Positions 1-10,200 of a stretch of DNA of 59,924 nucleotides are shown in pieces. The first letter of the stretch is position 1. Each line of letters starts with the position of its first letter. Below the pieces are notes generated by a model, which was given only the letters and a program-made list of their open reading frames with translations, did not search any database and was not told where the DNA came from. A program made the translations under genes and the position numbers. Source of the DNA: an uncultured Acholeplasmatales bacterium (GTDB lineage Bacteria; Bacillota_I; Bacilli_A; Acholeplasmatales; Anaeroplasmataceae); contig CAJOQR010000033.1 of NCBI GenBank assembly GCA_905236965.1, positions 1 to 59,924 on the forward strand, read 5' to 3'.

Positions 1-861
1 ACAGGAGTACATTCAGGAGATTCAATGAGTGTATATCCACCATATTCATTAACAGAAAAAGCAAAGAAAACTATAGTAGAATATACAAATAAAATAGGAA
101 TAAAATTAAATATGATAGGCTTATTTAATATTCAATTTATAGTAGATAAGCAAGATAATGTATCAATAATAGAAGTAAATCCAAGATCATCACGTACAGT
201 ACCATTTTTAGCAAAATCAACAGATACACCAATAGCTAATATAGCAACAAAGGTAATGCTAGGAGCTAAATTAAAGGATTTAGGATATATAGGATTAGGT
301 AAAATAAGAAAAAGATGGTATGTAAAAACACCAACATTCTCATTTACAAAATTAACAGGACTAGATGTAGTTTTAACACCAGAGATGAAATCAACAGGTG
401 AAGCAATAGGATATGATTATTCATTAAATAGAGCATTATATAAATCATTAAAAGCATCAGGAACAAGAGTTGCAAATTATGGAACAATTTTAGCAACAAT
501 AGCAGATGCTGATAAAGAAGCAGCTCTACCATTAATAAAAAGATTTTATAAATTAGGATTTAACATAGAAGCTACATCAGGTACAGCAAAATTTTTAAAG
601 AAAAATGGAATAAAAACAAGGACAAAGAAAAAGATATCAGAAGGTAGTGAAGAAATCTTAGATTCAATAAGAAAAGGATATGTAACATATGTTATTAATA
701 CATCAACAGAAGGAATTAATCAAAATATAGATGGTAAATTAATAAGAAGAGCAGCTATAGATAATAATGTTACTGTATTTACATGCTTAGATACAGTAAA
801 AGTTTTACTTGATGTATTAGAAGAAATTACAATGGGAATTTCTGTTATTGATAAGGAGTGA
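1..861 (+). CDS. carB: carbamoyl-phosphate synthase large subunit, 5'-truncated by window edge
   Basis: Frame open from base 1 (TGVHSGDS); motifs IEVNPRSSRTVPF, PEMKSTGE and C-terminal MGS domain (ATSGTA, IRRAA). Confidence 0.97.
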   Translation, partial: TGVHSGDSMSVYPPYSLTEKAKKTIVEYTNKIGIKLNMIGLFNIQFIVDKQDNVSIIEVNPRSSRTVPFLAKSTDTPIANIATKVMLGAKLKDLGYIGLGKIRKRWYVKTPTFSFTKLTGLDVVLTPEMKSTGEAIGYDYSLNRALYKSLKASGTRVANYGTILATIADADKEAALPLIKRFYKLGFNIEATSGTAKFLKKNGIKTRTKKKISEGSEEILDSIRKGYVTYVINTSTEGINQNIDGKLIRRAAIDNNVTVFTCLDTVKVLLDVLEEITMGISVIDKE

Positions 862-866
862 TTCTT

Positions 867-1595
867 GTGAAGGATATTAAATTAACAATTGTATCTAATA
901 AAAATTTAAGTAATGATATTTATTTGATGAGATTAGCAGGAGATTTAAGTGAAATTAAAAATCCAGGTGAATTCATTAATTTAAAATTACCTAATTATTT
1001 TTTAAGAAGACCATTTTCAGTATTTGATTATACAAAAGATTATGTAGAGATAATGTATAAAATATTAGGCCATGGAACAAAAGATATGACTAATTATAAT
1101 TTAGGTGATGAAATAGATTCTTTAATTGGTTTAGGTAATGGCTTTGATGTTAATAAAGCCAAAAAGCCTTTATTAATTGCAGGTGGAATTGGGATTGCAC
1201 CACTTTATAATCTTGCTAAAAAATTTAATGAAAAAGGAATTAAACCTACATTAGTTTTTGGTGCAAGAAATGAAAAGGATTTAGTTTATCCTAAGGAATT
1301 TGATGATTTGTGTGATGTTATTTTATGCACAGATGATGGTTCAAAAGGTTTTAAAGGTACAGCAGTTTTATATTTAGAATTAAATAAAATAGATTTTGAT
1401 TATTATTATGCATGTGGGCCTTTAAGAATGCTTGAAGCCTTAGCAGATTATTCTAAAAATGGTTCTTTAAGCTTAGAAGCTCGTATGGGTTGCGGATTTG
1501 GTGCTTGTATGGGTTGTTCAATTAAGACATTGAATGGTCCTAAGCGTGTATGTAAAGAAGGCCCTGTTTTTGAAGCAAGCGAGGTGGTATTTTAA
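867..1595 (+). CDS. pyrK: dihydroorotate dehydrogenase electron transfer subunit
   Basis: LRRPFS, AGGIGIAP, MGCGFGACMGC..VCKEGPVF Fe-S motif; GTG at 867 lies 8 nt after AAGGAG (ORF track starts at 858). Confidence 0.95.
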   Translation: MKDIKLTIVSNKNLSNDIYLMRLAGDLSEIKNPGEFINLKLPNYFLRRPFSVFDYTKDYVEIMYKILGHGTKDMTNYNLGDEIDSLIGLGNGFDVNKAKKPLLIAGGIGIAPLYNLAKKFNEKGIKPTLVFGARNEKDLVYPKEFDDLCDVILCTDDGSKGFKGTAVLYLELNKIDFDYYYACGPLRMLEALADYSKNGSLSLEARMGCGFGACMGCSIKTLNGPKRVCKEGPVFEASEVVF

Positions 1596-2503
1596 TGAAT
1601 ACAAAAATTAATTTTTTAGGTAATGAATTTAAAAATCCTATAATTCCCGCCTCAGGAACTTTTGGATTTGGTTATGAATTTGCCGATTTATATGATTTGA
1701 ATATTTTAGGTTCAATCGCAACTAAAGGAACTACTTTATCACCTAGATATGGAAATGACTTGCCTAGAATTGCAGAATGTCCTGCTGGATTAATTAATGC
1801 AATAGGATTGCAAAATCCTGGTGCTGATAAAGTAATTTCAGAAGAATTACCTAAATTAGATAAAGTATATAAAGAAAAAATTATTCAAAATATAGGTGGA
1901 CATTCAATTGCTGAATATCAAGATTGTGTAAAAAAATTTAATAATGTTGATAAAGTATTTGCAATTGAATTAAATATTTCATGTCCAAATGTACAAGGTG
2001 GTGGAATGGCATTTGGAGTTGATCCAGATATTGCATATGAGCTTGTTTCAAAGGTAAAAAAGGTTTGTAAAAAGCCATTAATAATTAAATTATCACCAAA
2101 TGTTACAGATATTGTTGCAATGGCTAAGGCAGTTGAATCTGCAGGAGCTGATGCTATAAGCTTAGTAAATACTATGGTAGGGATGAGGATTGATTTAAAA
2201 ACAGGTAAACCTATTATTTCAATAAAAAAAGGAGGATATTCTGGACCTGGTATATTTCCAATTGCATTAAGAATGGTTTATGATGTTTCTCATAATGTTA
2301 ATATTCCTGTTATTGGTATGGGTGGAATTACTAATGCTTATGATGTTATTGAAATGATGTATGCAGGAGCATCACTTGTACAAATAGGTGCACAAAATTT
2401 AGTTGATCCATATGCATGTAAAAAAATTATAGAAGATTTACCTAGAGTTATGCATGAATTAAGTATAGAAAATTTAAATGAAATTATAGGAAAGGCAAAA
2501 TAA
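1595..2503 (+). CDS. pyrD: dihydroorotate dehydrogenase class 1B catalytic subunit
   Basis: ASGTFGFG, NAIGLQNPG, ELNISCPN, KLSPNVTDI; follows pyrK with TAATG overlap. Confidence 0.97.
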   Translation: MNTKINFLGNEFKNPIIPASGTFGFGYEFADLYDLNILGSIATKGTTLSPRYGNDLPRIAECPAGLINAIGLQNPGADKVISEELPKLDKVYKEKIIQNIGGHSIAEYQDCVKKFNNVDKVFAIELNISCPNVQGGGMAFGVDPDIAYELVSKVKKVCKKPLIIKLSPNVTDIVAMAKAVESAGADAISLVNTMVGMRIDLKTGKPIISIKKGGYSGPGIFPIALRMVYDVSHNVNIPVIGMGGITNAYDVIEMMYAGASLVQIGAQNLVDPYACKKIIEDLPRVMHELSIENLNEIIGKAK

Positions 2504-2504
2504 T

Positions 2505-3197
2505 ATGAGAGATGTAATTATAGCTTGTGATTTTAAAGACAAAGAAACATTATTTGATTTTTTAAAACCTTTTAAAGAAAAAGGATTAAATCCTTATTTA
2601 AAAATAGGAATGGAAATATTTTATAAAGAAGGACCTTCTTTAGTTAAAGAATTAAAAAAAATGGGTTTTAAAATATTTTTAGATTTAAAGCTTCATGATA
2701 TCCCAAATACAGTAGAAAAAGCTATGGCAAATTTATCAAGCTTAGGTGTTGATATAATAAATGTTCATAGCGAAGGTGGAATTGAAATGATGAAAGCTGC
2801 AAGGAAAGGCTTAGATTCTACTTTAGAAGGAAAAAATACTAAACTTATTGCTGTAACAATTTTAACTTCAATTTCAAATGAAATATTAAAAAATGAATTA
2901 TTAATAGATGAAGATGTTGATAAGGTTGTAAAAAAATATGCATCAAATGTAAAAGAAGCAGGATTAGATGGTGTTGTTTGTTCACCACTTGAAGCACCAA
3001 TTATAAAAGAAATGGGTTTAATATCTGTAACACCAGGTATTAGATTTTTAGATGATGCTAAAGGTGATCAAAAACGTGTTACAACACCTTCAAAGGCAAA
3101 AGAATTAGGCTCAACATTTATAGTTGTAGGTCGTTCAATTACTGCATCTTCTGATCCAGTAAAATCATATGAAAGATGTGTGGAGGAATTTTGTTAA
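2505..3197 (+). CDS. pyrF: orotidine-5'-phosphate decarboxylase
   Basis: FLDLKLHDIPNTV, VTPGIR, DQKRV, VVGRSIT. Confidence 0.97.
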   Translation: MRDVIIACDFKDKETLFDFLKPFKEKGLNPYLKIGMEIFYKEGPSLVKELKKMGFKIFLDLKLHDIPNTVEKAMANLSSLGVDIINVHSEGGIEMMKAARKGLDSTLEGKNTKLIAVTILTSISNEILKNELLIDEDVDKVVKKYASNVKEAGLDGVVCSPLEAPIIKEMGLISVTPGIRFLDDAKGDQKRVTTPSKAKELGSTFIVVGRSITASSDPVKSYERCVEEFC

Positions 3198-3199
3198 TT

Positions 3200-3838
3200 A
3201 TGGAAAATATTAAAGTTACTGTTGCTAAAAATTTATTAAAAATAAAAGCTGTTTTTTTAAAGCCAAATGACCCATTTACTTGGGCTTCTGGAATTAAATC
3301 ACCTATATATTGTGATAATAGATTAACCTTATCATATCCAGATGTAAGAGATGTAGTAGAAGATGGCTTAGCTGAAATTATAAAAACATATTACCCAGAT
3401 GTAGAAGTTATTATGGGAACATCTACTGCAGGTATTGCTCATGCTGCTTATGTATCAAAAATTTTAAATTTACCAATGGGATATGTTAGAGGCGGTGCTA
3501 AAGACCATGGAAGAGGAAATCAAATTGAAGGTGTTGTTCCTGAGGGTAAAAAGGTTGTTGTAATCGAAGATTTAATTTCTACTGCAGGATCTTCAATTGA
3601 AGTTGTAAATGTTTTAAGAGAAGCTAATGCTATAGTTTTAGGAATTGCTTCTATATTTACATATGGATTACAAAAGGGTATTGATAGATTAAAGGATGCA
3701 AATGTTATTAATCATTCTTTATCAGATTTTGAAACATTAGTAGAAGTTGCTGCTAAAGAAAATTATATTTCTAAAGATGATATTAATAAGATTTTAAAAT
3801 TCCAAAAAAATCCAAATGATCCATCTTGGATGGAATAA
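3200..3838 (+). CDS. pyrE: orotate phosphoribosyltransferase
   Basis: FTWASGIKSPIYCDNR, VVVIEDLISTAGS PRPP loop; ATG 3200 follows GGAGGA (ORF track starts at 3176). Confidence 0.96.
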   Translation: MENIKVTVAKNLLKIKAVFLKPNDPFTWASGIKSPIYCDNRLTLSYPDVRDVVEDGLAEIIKTYYPDVEVIMGTSTAGIAHAAYVSKILNLPMGYVRGGAKDHGRGNQIEGVVPEGKKVVVIEDLISTAGSSIEVVNVLREANAIVLGIASIFTYGLQKGIDRLKDANVINHSLSDFETLVEVAAKENYISKDDINKILKFQKNPNDPSWME

Positions 3839-4010
3839 TTTTATTAAATTTTGTAATAAAAAGCATATGAAAGCGTTTTTATTCCACACTAGAAGGAATG
3901 CTAGTGGTAGTTTGTTTAAAAAATTACCCTTATAATGAAGTTGTAAATAATTAAAGATATTTAATTGTTTCAAAGTTTCTTTTTCAAAACACTTTTCTTA
4001 TGTTATATAA

Positions 4011-4046
4011 GGAGAAAAAGGGCGTCCCTGGCCCTTTTTCTTTTTA
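4011..4046 (+). terminator. strong intrinsic terminator-like hairpin
   Basis: GAAAAAGGGC-gtccctg-GCCCTTTTTC followed by T-tract. Confidence 0.8.
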
Positions 4047-4114
4047 TATTTTTTCTTTAATTAAAATATTATTTGTTGTATAATATATTCACAAATAAAA
4101 AAGGATGGTAAGAA

Positions 4115-5932
4115 ATGATAGATTTAGAAAAAATAACTGATCCTTCCTTTGTTAAAGATTTATCAATGAAAGAATTGAAAGAATTGGCTTTTCAAATTAG
4201 AGAATTTTTAATTGATAATATTTCTAAGACAGGAGGACACTTAAGTAGTAATTTAGGTATAGTAGAGATTACTTTAGCAATGTATTATGTGTTTGATCCT
4301 GAAAAAGATAAATTTTTATTTGATGTTGGACATCAATCATATGTGCATAAAATATTAACAGGAAGAGCAAAAGATTTTAAAACCTTAAGAAAGCTTGATG
4401 GTTTAAGTGGATATATATCTAAAGATGAATCTAAATATGATATTTGGGAATCAGGTCATTCATCAACTTCAATTTCAGCTGCATCAGGAATGATTGTTGC
4501 TGGTGAAAAAGATAGAGTTATTGCTATAATTGGAGATTCATCAATTATGAATGGCGTTGCTTTAGAAGGTTTAAATTTTTTAGGACAGCTTAAAGATAAA
4601 AATCCGATTATAATTTTAAATGATAATAAAATGGGAATTTCTAAATCTGTAGGTGCATTAACAAAAACATTACAAAGGATTAGAGGTTCAAAATTATATT
4701 CAAAATTAAAAAAATTTTTAAATACGATAACACCTACCTTTTTATCTGGATTTGTTCATCAAATTAAAAGAGGATTAAAAGGCTTTATACAAAGAGATAA
4801 TATTTTTGAAGAAATGGGCTTTGATTATTATGGACCTTATGAGGGAAATAATTTAAAATATTGTATTAAAATGATGAAAAAAATAAAAAATAGCAAAGAA
4901 CCTATTGTTATACATTTTATTACTAAAAAAGGAAAAGGATATCTACCAAGTGAAAATGATACTGAAGGAGATTTTCATGGAGTTGGTCCTTTTGATATTG
5001 AAACTGGAATTCAATATAAAAATGATGATTTTAAAAATTATTCAAAGCATGTTGCTGATTTTTTGTGTGAAAAAAGAAAAGAAGAGCAATTTTATGTTGT
5101 TACACCTGCAATGAAATCAGGATCTATGCTTAATGAATTTGCTAAATTATATCCAAATGATTTTTTTGATGTAGGAATTGCAGAAGAGCATGCTGCAGAT
5201 ATGGCTGCAGGAATTGCTCTTTTAAATAAAAAAGTTGTTTTATTATTTTATGCTACCTTTGCTCAAAGAGCATATGATATGCTTTTAAATGATATTTCAA
5301 GACAAAATTTAAAAGTAATTATTGGTATAGATAGAGCAGGTATTGTAGGAGAAGATGGTGCAACCCATCAAGGTATTTATGATATTTCTATGTTAAGTGC
5401 AATGCCTAATATCAAAATATTTATGCCTAAAGACGATATAGAAACAATTGGTTTATTTAATTATGCATTTAATCATTTAGATTCACCTATTGCAATTAGA
5501 TATCCTAGGGCATCTTTTAAAATTAAATCATATGATTATAAATATGAATGCTCACCAGAATGGGAAATAATAAAAAAAGGTAATAAAGCAAATGTTATTA
5601 GTTATGGACCTGATGTTGTAAGAATTTCAAATCTAGATTTAGATATAAATGTTTATAATGCTAAATCTATTAAACCAATTGATGAAATTATGTTAAAAAA
5701 TATATTTGAAAGTAATCTTTTAATAATTATTGTTGAGCAAGTAATATCATCTGGAAGCTTATATGATAAGATATTAAATTTTAAAGAAAAAAATAATTAT
5801 ATTTCTAAAATTTATTCATTATCATTTAATGAAGACACTATAATAAAGCATGGTAAGATTGATGATGTTTTAGATAGATATGGCTTTTCTGATGAAAAAA
5901 TAAAAGATTTTATATTAGATAAAATAAAATGA
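4115..5932 (+). CDS. dxs: 1-deoxy-D-xylulose-5-phosphate synthase
   Basis: GGHLSSNLG, FDVGHQSYVHKILTGR, GHSSTSISA, DRAGIVGEDGATHQG. Confidence 0.97.
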   Translation: MIDLEKITDPSFVKDLSMKELKELAFQIREFLIDNISKTGGHLSSNLGIVEITLAMYYVFDPEKDKFLFDVGHQSYVHKILTGRAKDFKTLRKLDGLSGYISKDESKYDIWESGHSSTSISAASGMIVAGEKDRVIAIIGDSSIMNGVALEGLNFLGQLKDKNPIIILNDNKMGISKSVGALTKTLQRIRGSKLYSKLKKFLNTITPTFLSGFVHQIKRGLKGFIQRDNIFEEMGFDYYGPYEGNNLKYCIKMMKKIKNSKEPIVIHFITKKGKGYLPSENDTEGDFHGVGPFDIETGIQYKNDDFKNYSKHVADFLCEKRKEEQFYVVTPAMKSGSMLNEFAKLYPNDFFDVGIAEEHAADMAAGIALLNKKVVLLFYATFAQRAYDMLLNDISRQNLKVIIGIDRAGIVGEDGATHQGIYDISMLSAMPNIKIFMPKDDIETIGLFNYAFNHLDSPIAIRYPRASFKIKSYDYKYECSPEWEIIKKGNKANVISYGPDVVRISNLDLDINVYNAKSIKPIDEIMLKNIFESNLLIIIVEQVISSGSLYDKILNFKEKNNYISKIYSLSFNEDTIIKHGKIDDVLDRYGFSDEKIKDFILDKIK

Positions 5933-5965
5933 TAGTTTATTGATTATTCAAAAACTATCATTTTT

Positions 5966-6535
5966 TTATAAAAAATATTCAATTATTGTTTTTATAGCTA
6001 TAGCAAGAAGAATTATCCCACCCAATATCTTAGATAAATTTTTAAATTTATTTCCAAATTTTTTTCCAATTATTACAGCGATTATACTTAATATAAAGGT
6101 TATTATTGTAAAAATTAAGAAAGATATTAAAGCAATATAAGTATCTTTTCCAATAAATAAAATTCCAACTAATAATGCATCTATTGATGTAGCAATAGCT
6201 TCTAAAAATAATTTAAAAAAAGATAACGAAACAGGCTTTTCCTCATTTATTTTATTATCTTTTTTTATTCCATCAATAATCATACTTATTCCTAACATTA
6301 ATAATATTCCAAATCCTATTAAAGGTATAATTTTTCTTAAGTATGATTCAAAAGGAAGACATATTAAATATCCTAATAAAGGCATTAATCCTTGAAATAT
6401 TCCAAACATTAATGCTATTAATATTGTTTTTTTCTTATTCATATAAGGATCTTCTAATCCATTAGTTAATCCTACAGCAAAAGCATCCATCGAAAGAGAT
6501 ATGCCTAAAAGTATAGCTTCTATAATCCAAAACAT
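5966..6535 (-). CDS. mntP: MntP-family manganese efflux pump
   Basis: LSMDAFAVG and ATSIDAL motifs, about six TM segments. Confidence 0.88.
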   Translation of the reverse strand: MFWIIEAILLGISLSMDAFAVGLTNGLEDPYMNKKKTILIALMFGIFQGLMPLLGYLICLPFESYLRKIIPLIGFGILLMLGISMIIDGIKKDNKINEEKPVSLSFFKLFLEAIATSIDALLVGILFIGKDTYIALISFLIFTIITFILSIIAVIIGKKFGNKFKNLSKILGGIILLAIAIKTIIEYFL

Positions 6536-6597
6536 TTTTCTACCTCATTAAATAACTAATCTCTTAAGTTATTTTAAATTATCTATAATTTTATAAT

Positions 6598-7464
6598 TTA
6601 GTCTATTTTATTTAAATAATTTATTATTTCATCAACAATATAAGAAGGAGTAGAAGCACCAGATGTAATATTAATAGTTTTAATATCTTTCAAAATATTT
6701 TTATCAAGATGATTTAAATCTTCACATAAAATAGTGTTAATTTTAGCTATTTCTTTTGAAATATTAAATAATTTTTTTGTATTAGATGATTTTAAATCCC
6801 CTACGACAATACATAAATCAGCCTTTGGCTGATTTTTTATTGCTTCTTGTCTTATTGTAGTTGCATTACATATTGTATCATCAATTATAATATTTTCAAA
6901 TTTTTCTTTTAATTTATTACAAATTTCAAAACAATCAAATTTAGATAGTGTTGTTTGATTTGTACAATATATTTTATTATTTTTAATATTTAAATCATTT
7001 ATTTCATCTAAAGAAGAAATAAAATTAATTTTATTATTTATTCCTAAAACCCCTTCAACCTCAGGATGATTTTTAGTTCCAATATAAATAATATCATATC
7101 CTTCTTTTAAAAATGATTTTATTTTATTATGAATAACTAAAACATTTCCACATGTTGCATCTATAATATTTAATTTTTTTTCTTTAGCTTTTTCATAAAC
7201 CTTTGGTGAAACACCATGAGCTGAAAAAATAACAGTTCCATTATCTATTTCATCTAATAATTCTAATCTTGATTTAGATTTATCATCTATTACAATAACA
7301 CCACGTTTTATAAATTCATCTACAACATGTTTATTATGAATAATTTGTCCTAATAAATATATTGGTTTTTTTATGCTTTTATTTTCAATTGCTTCATTAA
7401 CGATATTTAATGCTCTTATAACTCCATTACAATATCCTTGAGGCTCAATTTTTCTTATTATCAT
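6598..7464 (-). CDS. ispH: 4-hydroxy-3-methylbut-2-enyl diphosphate reductase
   Basis: GYCNGV, IIHN, SAHGV, DATC, TICNAT, SSNT, SGASTP. Confidence 0.96.
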   Translation of the reverse strand: MIIRKIEPQGYCNGVIRALNIVNEAIENKSIKKPIYLLGQIIHNKHVVDEFIKRGVIVIDDKSKSRLELLDEIDNGTVIFSAHGVSPKVYEKAKEKKLNIIDATCGNVLVIHNKIKSFLKEGYDIIYIGTKNHPEVEGVLGINNKINFISSLDEINDLNIKNNKIYCTNQTTLSKFDCFEICNKLKEKFENIIIDDTICNATTIRQEAIKNQPKADLCIVVGDLKSSNTKKLFNISKEIAKINTILCEDLNHLDKNILKDIKTINITSGASTPSYIVDEIINYLNKID

Positions 7465-8185
7465 TTAAACCACCGAATCGTCTATCACGTTTTTGATAGC
7501 TTATAATTGCTTTATCAAGCTCATTTTTGTCAAAATCTGGCCATAAAACGTCTGTAAAATATAATTCTGCATAAGCTATTTGCCATAATAGGAAATTAGA
7601 TATTCTATATTCTCCAGATGTTCTTATTAATAAATCTAATTTTGGATATCCTTTTGTGAATAAATTATTTTCTATAACATCAGGTGTAATATTATCTGGT
7701 TCTAATTTTCCATCAACACAATCTTTTGCTATTTTTTTAACAGCAGTAGTTATTTCATCATGAGAACCATAATCAAAACAAATTGTTAAAACAATACCAG
7801 TTTTATCTTTTGTAATATCTTCAATTTCGTTTATTATTTTTAATACATCATTTGGAAATCTATCTTTTCTTCCAATAAAAACCCATTTAGCATTATTTTC
7901 TATAATTTGCTTTTTTAATTTTTTAAAAATTCTTGTTGGAGCCTTCATTAAATATTCTACTTCATCTTTAGGCCTATTCCAATTTTCTGTTGAAAAACAA
8001 AATAATGTCAAATATTTAACACCTAAATCGCTACAATATTTTCCTACTTTATTTATATTAAATGCACCATTTCTATGACCTGCAGTTCTAGGAAGCATTC
8101 TTTTTTTTGCCCATCTACCATTACCATCTAGAATCATAGCTATATGAGTTGGGATTCTATTTAAATCAATTTTTTCTTCTTGCAT
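7445..8185 (-). CDS. uppS: undecaprenyl/polyprenyl diphosphate synthase (cis-isoprenyl transferase)
   Basis: ILDGNGRWA, FSTENWNRP, IRTSGEYRISNFLLWQIAYAE, RDRRFGG. Confidence 0.96.
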   Translation of the reverse strand: MQEEKIDLNRIPTHIAMILDGNGRWAKKRMLPRTAGHRNGAFNINKVGKYCSDLGVKYLTLFCFSTENWNRPKDEVEYLMKAPTRIFKKLKKQIIENNAKWVFIGRKDRFPNDVLKIINEIEDITKDKTGIVLTICFDYGSHDEITTAVKKIAKDCVDGKLEPDNITPDVIENNLFTKGYPKLDLLIRTSGEYRISNFLLWQIAYAELYFTDVLWPDFDKNELDKAIISYQKRDRRFGGLNDNKKN

Positions 8186-8384
8186 AATATTTTAATTAAT
8201 TAATTAAAAACATTAATTAATTTTCCTCCAAAATAATTATATCATATTGTTAATTTTATCGAAAATTTTTTTAAATATATTAAAAATTCGTCTATTATTT
8301 AATAAATAGGAATAATAAATTATTAAATTTCTTAAATTATTATGATAAAATAAAGAAGAAGTAAAATTTAGGAGATTTATTAAA

Positions 8385-8780
8385 ATGAAATTACATGATG
8401 CAAGAGTTTTAGCAATGCAAATATTATATACAACTGATTTAAATGCAATATCAAAAGAAAAAGCATTAGAATCATATGAAAATTTAGATCAAAAAGCTAT
8501 TGATTTTGTAAATTTAGTAAATGATAATTTAGATAAAATTGATTTTGTTATTTCTGTTTGTTTAAAAAATTATACAATTAATAGATTAAATTTAGTCGAT
8601 AAAGCTATTATTAGATTAGCAACAGCTGAATTTATTGAAGGAAAAAATGACAAAAGAATAATTATAAATGAGGCTTTAGAATTAACAAAAGAATTTTCTG
8701 ATCAAGGAGATCATAAAGCAGTAAGCTTTAATAATAAATTATTAGATAATATAAGTGTAAGAGTAAAGGATTTGATTTGA
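8385..8780 (+). CDS. nusB: transcription antitermination factor NusB
   Basis: AR..AMQILY, RLNLVDKAIIRLA, INEALELTK; precedes xseAB. Confidence 0.9.
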   Translation: MKLHDARVLAMQILYTTDLNAISKEKALESYENLDQKAIDFVNLVNDNLDKIDFVISVCLKNYTINRLNLVDKAIIRLATAEFIEGKNDKRIIINEALELTKEFSDQGDHKAVSFNNKLLDNISVRVKDLI

Positions 8781-8781
8781 A

Positions 8782-9990
8782 ATGGAAGAGCGTTATTTAA
8801 CAGTAACGGCATTAACTAAATATATAAAATATAAATTTGACCACGACAATAATCTAAAAGTTGTTTTATTAGAAGGTGAAATTTCTAATTTTAAACATAA
8901 TTCTCGTGGACATTTTTATTTTACATTAAAGGATGAAAATGCATCTATTTCAGCTATTATGTTTTCTTCTAATGCATCTAATGTAAAATTTGAACCAGCT
9001 GATGGTATGAAAGTTTATGTAAAAGGATCACTTTCTGTTTATGAAGCATCAGGAAGCTATCAAATTTATGTAACAGAAATGAAATCAGATGGAATTGGGG
9101 ATTTATATTTAGCATATGAAAGATTAAAAAAAGAATTAGAAAGAAAGGGTTTATTTGATATTAATCATAAAAAGCCTATTCCTAAATTTCCTAAAACAGT
9201 AGGTGTTATAACATCTCCTACAGGTGCTGCTGTAAGAGATATAATTAAAACAATTGAAAGAAGATATCCTTTATGTAATGTAATTTTATATCCAGCGATT
9301 GTTCAGGGCGATGCAGCTAAAGATGATGTTGTAAAACAAATAAATAAAGCTAATAAAGATAAATTATGTGATGTTTTAATTATTGGTAGAGGTGGAGGCT
9401 CCATTGAAGATTTATGGTGCTTTAATGAAGAGATAGTTGCATATGCAATTTATAATTCAAAAATACCTACTATTTCAGCTGTTGGTCATGAAATTGATTT
9501 TACAATTGCTGATTTTGTTGCTGATATGAGAGCTGTAACACCAACAGGAGGAGCTGAAATTGCAACACCTGATATAAATGTTTTAAAACAAAATGTATCT
9601 TATTATGTTGATGCAATGACTAAAAAAATTAATTATATGATTAATGATTATAAAATTAAATTAGTTAATATTGATAAAAGATTAGATACATTAAATCCTA
9701 AACAAACATTAATTCATAAAAAAGAAATATTAGATTTTAAATATCAAAGATTAAATCAAAAAATAATTGAAGTTATTAATAATAAAAATCATATATTTGA
9801 ATTATATAAATCAAGGCTTGAAGCATCAAATCCATTAGCTATTATGGATAAAGGATATTCCATAAATAGATTAAATGGTCATATTATAAAAGATATAAAG
9901 GATGCTAAAATAGGAGATTTATTAACAACTGAATTAAAAAATGGAATTTTAACATCTAAAATTGTGGAGGTAAAGGAAAATGGAAAATAA
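8782..9990 (+). CDS. xseA: exodeoxyribonuclease VII large subunit
   Basis: GEISNF, GHFYFTLKD, GRGGGSIEDLW, SAVGHEID. Confidence 0.97.
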   Translation: MEERYLTVTALTKYIKYKFDHDNNLKVVLLEGEISNFKHNSRGHFYFTLKDENASISAIMFSSNASNVKFEPADGMKVYVKGSLSVYEASGSYQIYVTEMKSDGIGDLYLAYERLKKELERKGLFDINHKKPIPKFPKTVGVITSPTGAAVRDIIKTIERRYPLCNVILYPAIVQGDAAKDDVVKQINKANKDKLCDVLIIGRGGGSIEDLWCFNEEIVAYAIYNSKIPTISAVGHEIDFTIADFVADMRAVTPTGGAEIATPDINVLKQNVSYYVDAMTKKINYMINDYKIKLVNIDKRLDTLNPKQTLIHKKEILDFKYQRLNQKIIEVINNKNHIFELYKSRLEASNPLAIMDKGYSINRLNGHIIKDIKDAKIGDLLTTELKNGILTSKIVEVKENGK

Positions 9991-10198
9991 AACTTTTGAA
10001 CAATATTTAGAAGAATTAGATAATGCTTTAAAAGCATTAGAAAATAAAGATGCAACTTTAGAAGAATCTGTTGCTAATTATACAAAAGGCTTAGAATTAG
10101 CAAAAAAATGTTATGAAATTTTAAATACAAATGAAAAACTAGTAGTGAAAAAAATGACAGATGCTGGCTTAGTTGATTTTAATGAGCCACAAGAATAA
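9980..10198 (+). CDS. xseB: exodeoxyribonuclease VII small subunit
   Basis: TFEQYLEEL..LEES...G; position after xseA. Confidence 0.92.
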   Translation: MENKTFEQYLEELDNALKALENKDATLEESVANYTKGLELAKKCYEILNTNEKLVVKKMTDAGLVDFNEPQE

Positions 10199-10200
10199 TT

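Noticed and set aside
3869-3882. cre-like site TGAAAGCGTTTTTA
   Set aside because: Mismatch to consensus and explained by the hairpin following pyrE
6536-6597. yybP-ykoY manganese riboswitch before mntP
   Set aside because: Only ~60 nt of AT-rich spacer with one weak hairpin; none of the conserved riboswitch motifs
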